From NCBI RefSeq assembly GCF_006345805.1, contig NC_043011.1:3968001-4032000 (forward strand): a stretch of DNA of 64,000 bases, given 5' to 3'. The stretch's first letter is position 1; each line of letters begins with the position of its first letter. Source of the stretch: Octopus sinensis. Taxonomy: Eukaryota. The notes under the pieces are model-generated. The model was not told where the DNA came from. It searched no databases and saw nothing but the letters and a program-made list of their open reading frames with translations. Positions 1 through 13,092 of this stretch are shown here, piece by piece. The translations under genes were made by a program, and so were the position numbers.

Positions 1-15
1 GTACGTATGTATATA

Positions 16-76
<61 letters not shown>

Positions 77-799
77 ATATATGTATATAGATGTATATGT
101 GTGTATATGTATATATATATATATATATATGCACACACACACACACACGCGTGCGCACACACACACACACACACGCACACAGAGACACACATATATATGA
201 ATGTATATATATATATTCCTATATATGTGTGAAAGTTCCATTTATCCTTTACTTTGGAGGTTTCCAAAGGGGTGATTTCTACCAAAGATTCTTCATATTT
301 CATTGGTAGCTTACTGGCATAAGATTTTGTAACTATGAAATTATTACATGTATAAGGTATGAGATGAGAATTTATGGAAAAGTATCCCATAGAAACTCAA
401 CAGTCTGTTACAGATGGAGAAGTGATGTTAAAATTTTTTAAAAAGTATCTTAATACATGTGTACGATCATTTCAAACAGCAATATTAACATGTACATAAC
501 ATGGTAGAATAATTAGAAATTAATTAAATTAAATTGAATTAATTAATTACATATTACTGTTCTCCTCAGTGCAGAAAAAGAATGCATCAAAAAATTATTC
601 TAATTATTACTATTATTACAGAAGGCTTGATGGAAGAAGTAGCAAATAACAGATTCGGATATCCATATTTTATCCTTATGGATGAGCATCAGCATACTCA
701 AAACAGATCGTTGTTGAGTCTAGTGGGGAAAGAATTAAAATTGATGCAACTAACAGTTATATGTCTATATATATATATATATATATATGCATATATTCG

Positions 800-1264
800 T
801 TTATTCTTTTATTCTTTTATTTGTTTCAGTCATTTGACTGTGACCATGCTGGAGCACCGCCTTTAGTTGAGCAAATCGACCCCAGGACTTATTCGTTGTA
901 AGCCTAGTACTTATTCTGTCAGCCATTTTTTACTGAACCACTAAGTTACGGGGACATAAACACACCAGCATCGGTTGTCAAGTGATGTTGGGGGGACAAA
1001 CACATACATATATATCGTGTGTTATACTAATACATCTGTTTATTGTTTACACCACCTGTCATTATCTTTTGCTTTTTTGTGAATTCTCCCTGTATATGTA
1101 TGACGGGCTTCTTTCAGTTTCCGTCTACCAAATCCACTCACAAAACTTTGGTCGGCCCAAGGCTATAGTAGAAGACACTTGCCCAAGGTGCCATGCTGTG
1201 GGACTGAACCTGGAACAATGTGGTTGGTAAGCAAGCTACATACCAGACAGCCACTCCTGTGCCT
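800..1264 (-). mobile_element. tRNA-derived SINE, family A (octopus OK/OR-like)
   Basis: Reverse complement of the consensus seen at 10288-10718: A-box TGGCTGTGTGGTAA, B-box-like GGTTCAGTCCC, central microsatellite, (AAAGAGT)n tail. A short fragment of another repeat sits at about 1025-1090. Confidence 0.85.
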
Positions 1265-1274
1265 ATACATATAA

Positions 1275-1460
1275 GGGAATACCATTACAAAAATTTTTTG
1301 GTGTGCAAAAAGATTTCGCTGCTATTTCTTGCATGCCCTGCTACCACATAACAGGTATTTCAGGCCTTTTATTACACATAGCTGTTACAGGGTAGCATGG
1401 CATGCTAGAAATAGCAGCCAAATCCTTTTGCACTCAAAATATTTTTGTAATGGTAATCCC
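1275..1460. mobile_element. MITE/foldback element, possibly PIF/Harbinger (Tourist-like)
   Basis: Imperfect inverted arms of about 70 bp (1275-1345 and 1391-1460), GGG...CCC termini, TAA on the left and TTG on the right. Confidence 0.55.
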
Positions 1461-1602
1461 TTGGGGCGATCTTTCACTTTGACTGTCATCAGCTGGTTTT
1501 GTTTGTTATAATTTCCGTAAAAACCTTTTATTCATTTACTTTTATTTAAAGTGAAAGAGAGGAAAAAGTGAAAGATGAAGGAACATGTATATGTAATGGA
1601 CA

Positions 1603-1633
<31 letters not shown>

Positions 1634-2527
1634 AAGAGTGTGCCGCTTGCACATACATGATAAAACAAATGTTCACTCACTCACTCTCTCCCTCACACAC
1701 ACACACACACACACACATGTGCACATGCATGCAAAAAAGATGTACACATATGTATTGATGTATGTATGTATATCTGACAGCAAACCCCTTCACCCACTCT
1801 CTTTCTCTCTCTTTTTCTTTCTGTCTCTCTTCCTCTTTCTCTTTCTTTCTTTCTCTCACTCTTTCACACACACACACCTCCCTTTCATATACACACACAT
1901 ACATCTTTCATTTTCTCCTCTATTTCAATTTAAAACAAAAGTTAGTTAGTTAGTTAATTCTTTGGCTCAAAAAGTAAATAGATAAAAATTTTTAACAGAA
2001 ATTAATGACTTGAAAATAATTTTAAAAGCTCATTAAAATATTGTCTGTTTAAAGAAAGCTAAAATATAAATACTTACTGTACAAACAGCTTCATTTTTTA
2101 AAATCAGATTCACTTAAAAATATTTCTAAATAATCAATGTTTTTTTTTCTTAGAGAATGCAAAGACTATGTGTGTGTATATGTCACAGATAGCAGACGTG
2201 TGTTTGTGTTGATTGGCAGCCATGACATTCATTATATGTGTGTGTGTATTCTGTATTCGTGTATCTGTGGTGACATCATGGAAACCATGTTTTTTTTTCA
2301 TCAAGAAATAACAAACAAAAATTGTGTTTACTCATTTACATTAATAAATAGAGGTCCAAACGTCACAAAAATTTGTACTGCACTGGCGAAGGTAAGCACG
2401 AAAATAAATTATGATAAACTATTCTATTTCTGAAACATTTTGGGTACAAACAAACATCCCCAGAGCTTTAGTATTATCAATATATATATATATATAATAG
2501 TTATATTATATTCCAATATGTATATGT

Positions 2528-2618
<91 letters not shown>

Positions 2619-3485
2619 CATATGCATATATGTACATTCACACACATGCACACCTCCATTCGTTGCCAGGTGTTGCATACTTTTATTTTTTAATGCAAAT
2701 ATTCTTTGTTTTTCTATAGTAATTATTATGCTTTTAAACACCTTTACTTTGATTTCATATCCTAATACATTTTACTGGATTGTTTTCAAAATAAACTGAA
2801 ATATCAAAGTGAAGAAAACATCTTTAAGGTATCAAACAGTTTGCAGTGAGTTTGCAAGATATCAAATTTTATCTAATTACTTCAGATAACAAGAGAGAAA
2901 TAGATATTTCTCTACACTGCATCAGAGAAGCTGTCAAAGCAAAGTAAAAGATAAAATCTTAACAAAGAAAACGACAGACAGCCAGTTTAGACATTTGACC
3001 TTTTGTCTTATCACTTTCTTTCGTCCTTCAGTTTCACCTTGTATTATATAAATGTCTGTTGATATTATTGTTATTGTTGATGTTATTGCTGTAGTTTTTT
3101 TGGGGTTTTTTTTTTGTTATTATTACTGAAGAAGAAAAATAGTTTCATTCAACTCTGGTGATGCAGAACTCTGACAAAGGAGGAGTTGATGGAATGATTT
3201 TGAATGATTAAGTGTAGAACCCATGGGATTTCTATCACAGATTTCTTCAAAGCTCAATCTGTTCTGTGACCTGTAATGCAGTCTCTCATGCAAAGTTTGT
3301 AAAGTGCAGTGAGACAGACACTAACTATGTACCTTTTCATTCTGCATGATATAATTAGACTCTCTAGTGGTTGCTAGTGTTCTCAGTAGCAGTAACAAAA
3401 ATGGACTTTGCTGGTGCATAACAAGTCTCACACAGAGCAAATCTTGAATTCAGTAATACTGATGACAAACTAAAGTTTAAATGCC

Positions 3486-3554
<69 letters not shown>

Positions 3555-3556
<2 letters not shown>

Positions 3557-3718
3557 CATATCCACGGAGTGGTTAGCATTAGGAAGGGCATCCAGCTGTA
3601 GAAACACTGCCAGATCAGACTGGAGCCTGGTGCAGCCTTCTGGCTTCCCAGATCCCCGGTCGAACCGTCCAACCCATGCTAGCATGGAGAACGGACGTTA
3701 AACGATGATGATGATGAT
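3555..3718 (+). mobile_element. 5'-truncated RTE LINE 3' UTR (family B)
   Basis: GGGCATCCAGCTGTAGAAAC...CCAACCCATGCTAGCATGG...GTTAAAC(GAT)n, the same tail that follows the RTE ORF end at 58948-59570. Confidence 0.75.
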
Positions 3719-3854
3719 ATTTGGCTTCTGTGGCTTGCTGATTGGTGTCGTTATATGTCCTGATAATTAAGGGTACCCTCTATCCACTGCATTTCCTGCC
3801 AGGCAGTGAGCCAACTCAAACTTGGAATGCACAAGCAAAATGTAGACTTCTTAA

Positions 3855-4047
3855 CCCGCATGCAATACTAATATATTCTACCTGCTTTATGTGCAAACCA
3901 GCCACATTAATCCTCTCACACTTACCCTACAATGTCATTCAAAAAATATACATTCACATCATTGAAATCTTGAAGCTACAAGATTAATTCAAAGCAATGT
4001 GAATAAATAAGCATTACATTTGACAAAGGAATCTGAATGCTAAAGAG
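3855..4047 (+). mobile_element. piggyBac-type MITE, degenerate copy
   Basis: TTAA-CCC...GAG-TTAA; internal sequence similar to 4753-4967. Confidence 0.6.
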
Positions 4048-4752
4048 TTAATATAATAATTTAAATACTGCTGTTATAAAGTTTTAAGGAACTACCTGTA
4101 TAAGGACTTAGAATTACAAATATACAGATTGAAGCTCAACTATTATAACGTGCTAATCACTAGTGTTATAATGTCCTAAACACTACAATTTAATGGCCTA
4201 AACATCACCAATATACTGGCTTAAATCTTCAAATACAATGGTCTAAACATTGCCAATATAGCAATTACTTAAATTCAATGTTGCTAAGCTTCAGTTGTCA
4301 GTATGTGTAAAGCAATTATTTATCAAGTTCCTGTTTCCAGCGAGACTTCACTGACAATCCTTTCTCCTGTGTCTGGGCGGGATGAGCAAACTTGTAGCTG
4401 TCAAAGAGATTCATAATGTTTAGATTACTTGTGTTATGATGAGTTTATCAATATTTGATTACTATCACTAATTTGACATCTAAACCAGAAGCTGTCTTCC
4501 TCTCTGTGCCAGTTTATAAAGATGAAAAAAATATTCAAAACTTTTCTGATATAATTGTTTGTGATATTCCTGTTGTGTTGCTATTTAGCCTTTTGTCATC
4601 CCTGATACAATGGACCTATGATCAAAGGTGTCCCAAATGTCATTGTCTTGTCTATGCTTCATAGGATAGATATCTCAGACTACACGTGTTGAAATATCTA
4701 TTGATGCACACATTGCAAAACTCCCTTTTCAAGATGGTGGAGTGGGACTTAA

Positions 4753-4967
4753 CCCATTAGCATTCAAACCGGCCATATCCGGCCAAAATATTTAACCTGT
4801 TTTATATTGAAACTGACCAGCTCTCGCCTCTCACCTCAGCCCTACCATGTCATTCTAAAACTAAAAAATATCTGAAATCTCTAAATTACAAGATAATGCA
4901 TGATTAATTCAAAACAATATAAATAAACAAATATCACATTTGACAGAATAATCTGAACACTAAAGGG
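4753..4967 (+). mobile_element. piggyBac-type MITE
   Basis: TTAA at 4749-4752 and 4968-4971, CCC...GGG termini, short TIRs CCC(A/T)TTAG / CTAAAGGG. Confidence 0.75.
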
Positions 4968-5171
4968 TTAAGGGAGATTTGGTGGTGATGTCACCTTCCT
5001 TGGAATGTCTGAGGCAATTTTGTACCACACATTCAATGATAGATCCTGAGCTTTCTGCATCATTAATTTCTTTCACCGCTGCTCTTTTTCTGCAGGTTGT
5101 GTAAAATGGCTTTAATTGTAAATTTTCACCACTCATTATCAGAGCTGCAAAATCAAAAATAAAGAATTAAT

Positions 5172-5760
5172 GTTTGAGAATCAGCTGAAAAGTTTATAGA
5201 CTGATCAAGATACTCTTAAAGAGGTTTGTTTTTCAACATAGTCCTCCCTGCAGTCCACAAACTTTTTCCATCGGTGTTGAGGTGCTTGGATCTTATTGGT
5301 GAACATGATTTCATCCTGTTGCTCAAAAAAGTCAACAGCAGCTATGGCATCATCATTATCACTGTGATGGTGGTTTCCACCCAAGTGTTTTTTCCTGCTG
5401 GGGAATAGATGATAGTCAGATGGAGCTGAATCAGGAGAATAGGGAGGCTGATCAACCTGTTCAAAGCCACAATCACTCACAGCAACCATTGAAGCCAAAG
5501 ACTCATATATTGGAACGTTTTCCTGATGAAACAAGACACCCCCTTTTATCAGTTTCTCTGAGCATTTGGTCTTGATAACCTTTTTATAACTGCCTCTGCA
5601 AGTTGGCAAGGTGTAGCCCTTTTGAAGAAAGTCAATAAACGCAATGCCTTTTGCATCCCCAAAAAACTGAGATTATTACCTTCCCTCAGATGGAACGACC
5701 TTGACCTTCTTCGGAGAAGGTGTGGAGGAGGGTTTCCAGACTATGGACACTAGTTAGTCA
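5172..5760 (-). mobile_element. mariner (DD34D-type) transposase remnant, C-terminal half, with decayed 3' TIR
   Basis: ORF 5205-5609 contains FHQEN, PPYSPDSAPSDYHLF and RWKKFVDCREDYVEK. Another frame upstream gives KKVKVVPSEGKVIISVFGDAKG, resembling the mariner GKVMASVFWD motif. Confidence 0.9.
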
Positions 5761-5769
5761 ACATTACTC

Positions 5770-5972
5770 TGTAAAGCCATAGGGCCATGACTTTTTCATG
5801 ACAGTGGATGCTATGTTGGGCTACCGCCTTGATTTCAGACCAAGAGGTCTCCTTAAGGTGTGATGGATCCAACCTCATTTCCTTTTCAGAATCTATTGAT
5901 TGATGGGAGTTTGATTCTTCAGTCCCACAGATTTTGTTTGAAATTTTGTCTGGCCACCAGATCTTGAGGATG
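5770..5972 (-). mobile_element. RTE-clade LINE ORF 3' fragment, degenerate
   Basis: Manual translation LKIWWPDKISN...ILKRK..WIHHTL resembles the RTE C-terminal I.WPD.ISN..L...RRWRWIGHTLR motif. Confidence 0.5.
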
Positions 5973-5984
5973 AAGTGTATATGT

Positions 5985-6006
5985 CATCATGATCATCATC
6001 ATCATG

Positions 6007-6075
<69 letters not shown>

Positions 6076-6520
6076 GTTTAACGTGCATTTTCCATGCTAG
6101 CATGGGTTGGATGGTTCGACCGGAGTCTGGGAAGCCAGGAGGCTGAACCAGGCTCCAGTCTGATCTGGCAGTGTTACAGCTAGATGCCCTTCCTAATGCC
6201 AACCACTACGTGAGTGTAGGGGGTGCTTTTTACATGCCACCGGCACAGGGGCCAGAGGAGGCTGGCAACGTCCACGTTTGGTTGGTGCTTTTTACATGCC
6301 ACCAGCACGGATGCTAGTCAAGGCAGTGCTAGCATAGGCCACATTCGGATGGTGCTTTTTATGTGCCACTCGCATGAGTATCACAACTACAATTTCCATT
6401 TGATTTTAATTTAGATGTTGATGTACTTGACTCAGTAGGTCACCTCAAGTACAGCAGGTCACCCTACGATCCAAGGTAAGCACAGCAGGCCATCCTGTGA
6501 GCCATGAACTCATTTCATTT
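5985..6520 (-). mobile_element. RTE 3' UTR (family B) with an expanded (CAT)n tail
   Basis: Reverse complement of the family B tail; (CAT)n at about 5985-6075. Confidence 0.75.
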
Positions 6521-6744
6521 GTTTTGGTCTTCGCAGTCACAGCATATCTCTAGAGGACTCGTCTTTCATCAAATAGTATGAAAAGAAAACATACCTGTAT
6601 GGCTGTAATGAAAGAACATAATTACAAAAAAACAAAACGGATGTAACATGAAAGGTTAACTCTACAACTTTTATTTGGTAACAATGATAATCTCATCTTT
6701 TCCAAATTGCTCACTAGTGGTGCTGTTATTCAAGAGGGTGACAT

Positions 6745-7790
6745 TGGTAAGAGAGAAAGCATATCCTGGGTTAGAATACACAAAAACTTCATCAGAGACA
6801 TTTTCACACCAAATTTGGCAAAGAATTACTTCATCATCATAACAACATGAAGTAAATGAAACAGTTTGAGGAGATGTGCTGCTTGTGCAAGTGAAACGCA
6901 CAGGACGGCAATCTATCAGCAACAGAATGGAGGAAAACCTTCATGCAAGTTACTTAAGAAGCTCAAAGAAGTCCACCCATCATGCTAGCAGAAAACTTCA
7001 TGTGCCACAAGCAGCAGTGTGGCACATGTTACACAAGCATCTGGAGTTTAAGACTCACAAATTTCACAAAAGACAAACCAAAACAGGATGAGTTGTGTGG
7101 ATTTGCAAGTATGGCTGAAGGCAGATAGTTTCAGGAATAGATTCAGGTTTATTGACGAATCCACATTTCACCTAAGTGGTGAAGTGAACACACATAATTT
7201 GAGATTTTGGGACGTGACAAATCCACCTGCTTTACTGAAACATGAAAGTGATTCCCCAAAGGTAGCCATTTTCAGCGTCATAACAAATTGAAGAGTGTTT
7301 GGGCCTTTCTTCATCATGGAGTCCACTATTACAGGGAGTACCTACCTTGACATGCTGTCCATTTGGTTGTTGCCCAAGCTAGAAGAAGAGCTATCCAAAT
7401 TCATTATGCAACAAAATGAGGCCCAACCACTTTGACATAGACACATACATGATTACCTCAACCAGCATCTTCCAGACCCCTGGATTGACTACGCTGAGGT
7501 GAAAGATTTGGCATTGAAGGTCTAGCACCCTCAGATCGGGGACTTGGGGGTGCTAGACCTACAACTTTTTATTTTGGGGTATTCTGAAAGATCAGGTGTT
7601 CATACCCCCACTTCCACATGACTTACAAGAAACATGTTTGACTTGACTCAGTTGATCAGGCTATGGTGGTATGGGTGTGCCAAGAACTAGACTATCATGT
7701 AGACGTCTGCCATGTGGCAAAGGGCACCCACATTGAACGTCTTTAACTGTCAGTGTAAACTTGTAGAATTAACCTTCCCTGTTATGTCAG
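6745..7790 (+). mobile_element. IS630-Tc1-mariner transposase pseudogene (DUF4817-like N-terminal HTH, DDxD type)
   Basis: Frameshifted pieces: EKAY..LEY.KTSS, QRHFHTKFG, RSSKKSTHHASRKLHVPQ, FIDESTFHLSGEVNTHNLRFW, DSPKV, VFGPFF, YLDML, FIWGILKDQVF, QELDYHVDVCHVAKGTHIERL*. Confidence 0.85.
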
Positions 7791-8817
7791 TGGGTGGGAG
7801 TGCAAAATTAATAACCAAGTTAAAATGAGCGATTTATGATTCCTCATTATTTTCTCCCTACCTGTTTGAAATTATTGCATTGCAAGTAAAGCATCATCCC
7901 TTTGTACTGTTGCATCATCTTTAGGAGCAAAATTTGGTCAACATTGTTGTTGTTATTGAAGTTCAGAGAGTTTGAAACATAGACGACAGGTACAAGAAAT
8001 TTTTCCTCAACTGTGACCCAATTGTTATTGAGGTTGCTAATTAAAATATCTGGATAATTTTTGGTGTTTAACAATCAATATTCTTATCTCTGTTGGACTC
8101 CATGCCAATTTTTTCCCCATACTAATGTCTAATTGGATAACTTTCAAGTTTCAAAAATGTTATTTAAAATGGGATAAATTGAGTAATGACTAATTTCAAT
8201 AATTTCTTCTCTTTGACTGCTTGATGAGTAAATATATCAGAAAGGGAACAACTCCAGCAGATAGGCAAGAAGATATAGAGAATATTTCATGTTGAGCTTT
8301 TCGATTTAGTCAAGTTTCATTAATGTCAAATCATGTGTCATTTTTTGATGATCCTCCTTCATTTGACCAGAGTATTTAAAATTTTTCACACCATTTCTGA
8401 TCGTTCTGATGTCCAAGGATGGATATTGATGTGCATGAGTTTGTGTTCAAATGTAATGCTGGAGAACTGAAAAGGCAAAGTTACCTTCTCTTGGCTTACT
8501 CATTTTGCCCCACATAGATTTGCTCTTTATATTCTTGGAGGACAGTGATAATTTTCTGAAATAGTGTTTGGTTATGTTATAGTGTTTCTTATGCCCTTAG
8601 AGAAGGTCATTTGCTTAGCTGATAGGGTTTTGGTAAGGTAGTGAACATTTGTAAAACTTTTTTCTTGAAGCCAAAAATGCAGTAAATATGATTCATTGTG
8701 CTCCCCCCACAACACACACTATTTTTGCAATATATTCTTTACGGCATTCACAGGTATGTTTTTTCTTGTACCATTCATTTTGAATTACCCTTCATATGTA
8801 TAGTATGTCTACATTCT

Positions 8818-9200
8818 TTCCTTTACTCTTTTACATGTTTCAATCGTTTTACTATGACCATGCTTGAGCACCACTTTAAAGGATTTTAGTCGAACAAATT
8901 GACCCCAGGACTTATTCTTTGTAAGCCTAGTACTTCTTCTATCGGTCTCTTTTGCTGAACTGCTAAGTTACAGGGACCAACACTTGTTGTCAAGCAATGG
9001 TGAGAGACAAATGCAGACACATACACATTAATGTGTATACATATATACGACGAGTTTCTTTCAGTTTCCATCTACCAAATCCACTCACAAGGATTTGGTC
9101 CAGCCCAAGGCAATAGTAGAAGACAGTTTCCCAAAGTGCCACACAGTGGAACTGAACCTGAAACCATGTGGTTGGAAAGCAAGCTTCTTACCATACAGCT
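8818..9200 (-). mobile_element. SINE family A, older copy
   Basis: Matches the family A consensus with more substitutions. Confidence 0.8.
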
Positions 9201-9234
9201 ATATATATTATTTCTCTCTCTCTTTCTCTGTATA

Positions 9235-9516
9235 TATATATATACGCACACACACGTATATACATACATACATACACACACATACTTATATACACACACG
9301 TACATATACACACATACATGTATACACACACGTACATACATACAAACACACATACACACATACACACATACACGCATGCATGCATACATACACACATACA
9401 TACATACGAACATACATACATACACACATACACACATACATGCTTACATACATACATACATACATACATACAAACATACATATATACATACATACATACA
9501 TACATACATTCATACA
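9235..9516. repeat. (CATA/CA)n compound microsatellite
   Basis: Directly visible. Confidence 0.95.
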
Positions 9517-9699
9517 TAGTCTTAACTGAACGCATCAATAGATTTATAGTTTGACATTTAAAGACAATAAAACAGTTCAAACCATTTCCGTATCTTCCTT
9601 TCTGCAAAGCTTACATGTTCTTACATGCTTTACATTTTCCTCTTATTATATTCATATTTATTCTTCATAGCTCTACAAATGGTCAGTTTACATGCATCA

Positions 9700-10190
9700 G
9701 CAGATCTTAGAATCATTCCCAATACCCACTCATGACTAGTGATAGATTGTACCATTTTCCTTTGATTTTGTATCCATATTTCTCCCTAACATCCCAGGCA
9801 TCTTTTTTCTCCAACCGTGAAATATTTTCAATTCTATTCTTTTTCATCACTTTCACGCTTTCATATATTTTGCTTGGAATCATTGACTCTTTCCTACACT
9901 TTTCACCCCATGTCCTGCTGGTTTTAGTTATTTTCATTTGTATTAGTTACTTGTTCTTGCATTGTAATTACAAATATTTCTGCATATCCTTCTAGTTCTC
10001 CATATTCAGCAAAGGCTATAATTCATTTCCTCTCTCTTAATATATCTTTACTTTGCTTGGCATACAACCATACAATGCCTTTTCTTTCAAGTCTCTCATC
10101 TTTCCTACTTTTTCTTTCTTCCTTAATATCTTTTTTGCTCTGAAGACGCATTCACCATCAATACTTTTTTGGCTACACATGTAAACTTTT
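9700..10190 (-). mobile_element. degenerate non-LTR retrotransposon fragment, possibly R4/Dong-like
   Basis: Purine-rich, coding-like minus strand with IENISRLEKKDAWDVREKYG; weak resemblance only. Confidence 0.25.
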
Positions 10191-10287
10191 TCCTCTCATA
10201 CATATATAGTCCTACAATAGCTAACTGTATTGTGTCTGTTACACTGAATAATCTTTTGCCTCTCTCTTCTTCTTTCTTCTACATATA

Positions 10288-10718
10288 GGCACAGGAGTGG
10301 CTGTGTGGTAAGTAGCTTGCTTACCAACCACATGGTTCCGGGTTCAGTCTCACCGCATGGCACCTTGGGCAAGTGTCTTCTACTATAGCCTCGGGCCAAC
10401 CAAAGCCTTGTGAGTGGATTTGGTAGATGGAAACTGAAAGAAGCCCGTCGTATATATGTATATATATATATATATATGTGTCTGTGTGCGTGTATGTTTG
10501 TGTGTCTGTGTTTGTCCCCCTAGCATTGCTTGACAACCGATGCTCGTGTGTTTATGTCCCCGTCACTTAGTGGTTCGGCAAAAGAGACCGATTGAATAAG
10601 TACTGGGCTTGCAAAGAATAAGTCCTGGGGTCGAGTGCTCGATTAAAAAGGCGGTGCTCTAGCATGGCCGCAGTCAAATGACTGAAACAAGTAAAAGAGT
10701 AAAAGAGTAAAAAAGAGT
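10288..10718 (+). mobile_element. SINE family A, full length
   Basis: tRNA-like head GGCACAGGAGTGGCTGTGTGGTAAG...GGTTCAGTC, body, (AAAGAGT)n tail. Confidence 0.9.
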
Positions 10719-11309
10719 ATACAATTTACCAACACTATTTCATGGATCTAATTCATTGTGATACATTCAGAAATTTTTATGCCCCTTTAAAGGTTGGGCT
10801 CCATCATGGCCTAAAATAAGATCTCTAAAGCAAACCAAAGAACTAAAAAGCTATCAATTATATCAAATATGGTTTGCATCCACTAAAAGATTCTTTCATC
10901 AATATATAATAAGCTTCTTCTTGCTTATAATAACCTTTCGTATTATTTCAGCTTATCTGCTAATAGATACTCCACTTCTATGTAGAAGTATCTTATCTAA
11001 TATCAACCTTCCCTGCAGCATTGTGCTTAAATCTATATGCCTCAGGTGCATTAAATATTTCTTAATGCATATTGAATAGCTGGAATGACACACCATCATT
11101 TGAATAAATGGCTTAAATATACATCTATTTGCCACAAACACATATACACACACTTCTCCTTTCTTTCTTCGTTTCCTCATGTTTTAAATTTTATTTCCAT
11201 ATTATCATTACCATGTGTGACATATTAAACTTATCAACTTTCTTCAAAATGTCTATGTTATAAACACTTACTATCTCAGAAGCTTGTATTATCTCCCACT
11301 CACACAAGG

Positions 11310-11364
<55 letters not shown>

Positions 11365-11425
11365 TGTGTATATATACATATATATATAAATACATATATA
11401 TATAAATACATATATATATATATAT

Positions 11426-11543
<118 letters not shown>

Positions 11544-11544
11544 C

Positions 11545-11755
11545 TCCTTTACTCTGTTACTTGTTTCAGTCATTTGAGTGTGGCCATGCTGGAACATCAC
11601 CATTTAGTTGAAGAAATCGATCCCCTGGACTAATTCTTTGTAAGCCTGGTGATTATTCTATCGATATCTTCTGCCAAACGACTAAGTTACAGGATTGTAA
11701 ACACACCAGCATCGGTTTCTAAGTGAGTGGGGGGGAACAAACACAGACACAAATG

Positions 11756-11789
<34 letters not shown>

Positions 11790-11927
11790 CTTCACTGACT
11801 TCTTTCAGTTTCCTTCAACCAAATCTACTGAAATGGCTTTACAAGACGCTTATGACGTAGGGACTGAACGCGGAACCATGCATGTCATTGGGAAGCAAGC
11901 TTCTTAACACACAGCCAAGCCCGTGCC

Positions 11928-11928
<1 letters not shown>
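11545..11928 (-). mobile_element. SINE family A, diverged
   Basis: Matches the family A consensus. Confidence 0.8.
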
Positions 11929-11982
<54 letters not shown>

Positions 11983-12019
11983 ATAATTGTTTAACAGGAT
12001 ACAGCAAATATTAAGGCAA

Positions 12020-12180
12020 GGCAAACATCTCAAGTCAAATACAATTTTATTATAGGAAGACGAAGACGGGTGTGTAAACAACAAACAGATGTATTAGGTT
12101 AATGCCCGGGAAGTGAGAAAGTCTTTTATGTTTCAAGCCTATGCTCTTCAATAGAAAGTTTAGTGGCTAGCGATCTATCA
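12020..12180 (-). mobile_element. short Penelope-like (pLTR-type) repeat fragment
   Basis: Carries a decayed hammerhead motif; a related fragment lies at about 1025-1090; embedded in TA microsatellites. Confidence 0.45.
12123..12158 (-). ncRNA. degenerate minimal type I hammerhead ribozyme
   Basis: Minus strand reads CTTT-CTATTGA-AGAGC-ATAG-GCTT-GAAAC-ATA-AAAG: stem I CTTT/AAAG, stem II GAGC/GCTT, GAAAC core. Confidence 0.45.
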
Positions 12181-12419
12181 TGGTAAATGAATATATATAT
12201 GCTTATATATATATCTATATATATATGTTATATATATACATATATATATATATATAATATATATATATATTATATATATATACAGATATATATATATACA
12301 GATATGTATATAAATACATAGTGAAAGTAATTGAAATTGAAACCATGTAATAGTGAACTATTATATCACATTACAATAGAGATTTTATTGTTTCACTTTT
12401 GACATGTATTACCAAAACA

Positions 12420-12770
12420 GTGTATGAGATAAGAGATTGCTCCTGGCATGCATTAGGCAAGATGTTGAAAACTTTTTTGGCCCATGACACTCAATGGACC
12501 TTAAGTAAAGTATGTGTAAAATTTGAAAGAAATCGGTTGGGTAGTTCCTGATGCACGCTGAATGGGTTATTTCCTTTGGCTATACATAAGTATTCCTTCT
12601 AGGGCCCCTATTAGCGTTTTCTTTTCAACAATCTGAGTATGCCATGAGGTTTCTAGACATAAGTTCTACTCACATGTCAAGTTTCATCAAAATCAATAAA
12701 ACGATGGAGGAGGAGTTAGCTAACAACTCCACAAACACACCATCAGACAGAATTTTGCACATAAATCCTT
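12420..12770 (+). mobile_element. possible non-autonomous Helentron/HINE-like element
   Basis: Two related motifs, AAATTTGAAAGAAATCGGTTGG and AAGTTTCATCAAAATC...GGAGGAGTTAG, followed by an ACAAACACAC..CAGACAGA microsatellite seed. Confidence 0.35.
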
Positions 12771-12949
12771 AAAAACGTTTCAGCCCGAAGGCTGCAGCCA
12801 TGCTGGGGCACCACCACTGAAATATGAAATATATATATATATTTAAATAACGAGGGAGATAAATTGAATATTGTTTTAATTAATATCAATTTAAAACCAG
12901 TAGCCTAGCATATAGAAAATCTGAAAAATCAGAAAAAATTTCAATACAT

Positions 12950-13092
12950 GTGTATATTTAGGGATAACCACTAGGTGGATAACCAATATGCTAGAAGAAG
13001 ATCACATACGATCTAACTACAAAGAAAAGAATGTTCTCTAGAGAAATTCTTCTCTAGAGAACATTCTTCTAGCATATTGGTTATCCCTAAAT

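Noticed and set aside
3455-3495. CTGATGA-CAAAC-TAAA-GTTT as a fourth hammerhead
   Set aside because: The GAAA box, cleavage triplet and stem I cannot be identified.
2776-6602. HTVYFENNP as an Sds22/PPP1R7-like LRR cap
   Set aside because: No LRR exons or the expected downstream QIDAT segment occur on that strand; the resemblance is too short.
6671-6922. Protein-like minus-strand ORF of 83 aa
   Set aside because: It is the antisense of the transposase N-terminus starting near 6745.
7840-8680. Coding-like minus-strand stretch (IYVGQ, GVQQ and DDALLA motifs)
   Set aside because: There are many stops, and the motifs point to conflicting classes (GIY-YIG versus RT). It is probably an old retroelement but cannot be assigned.
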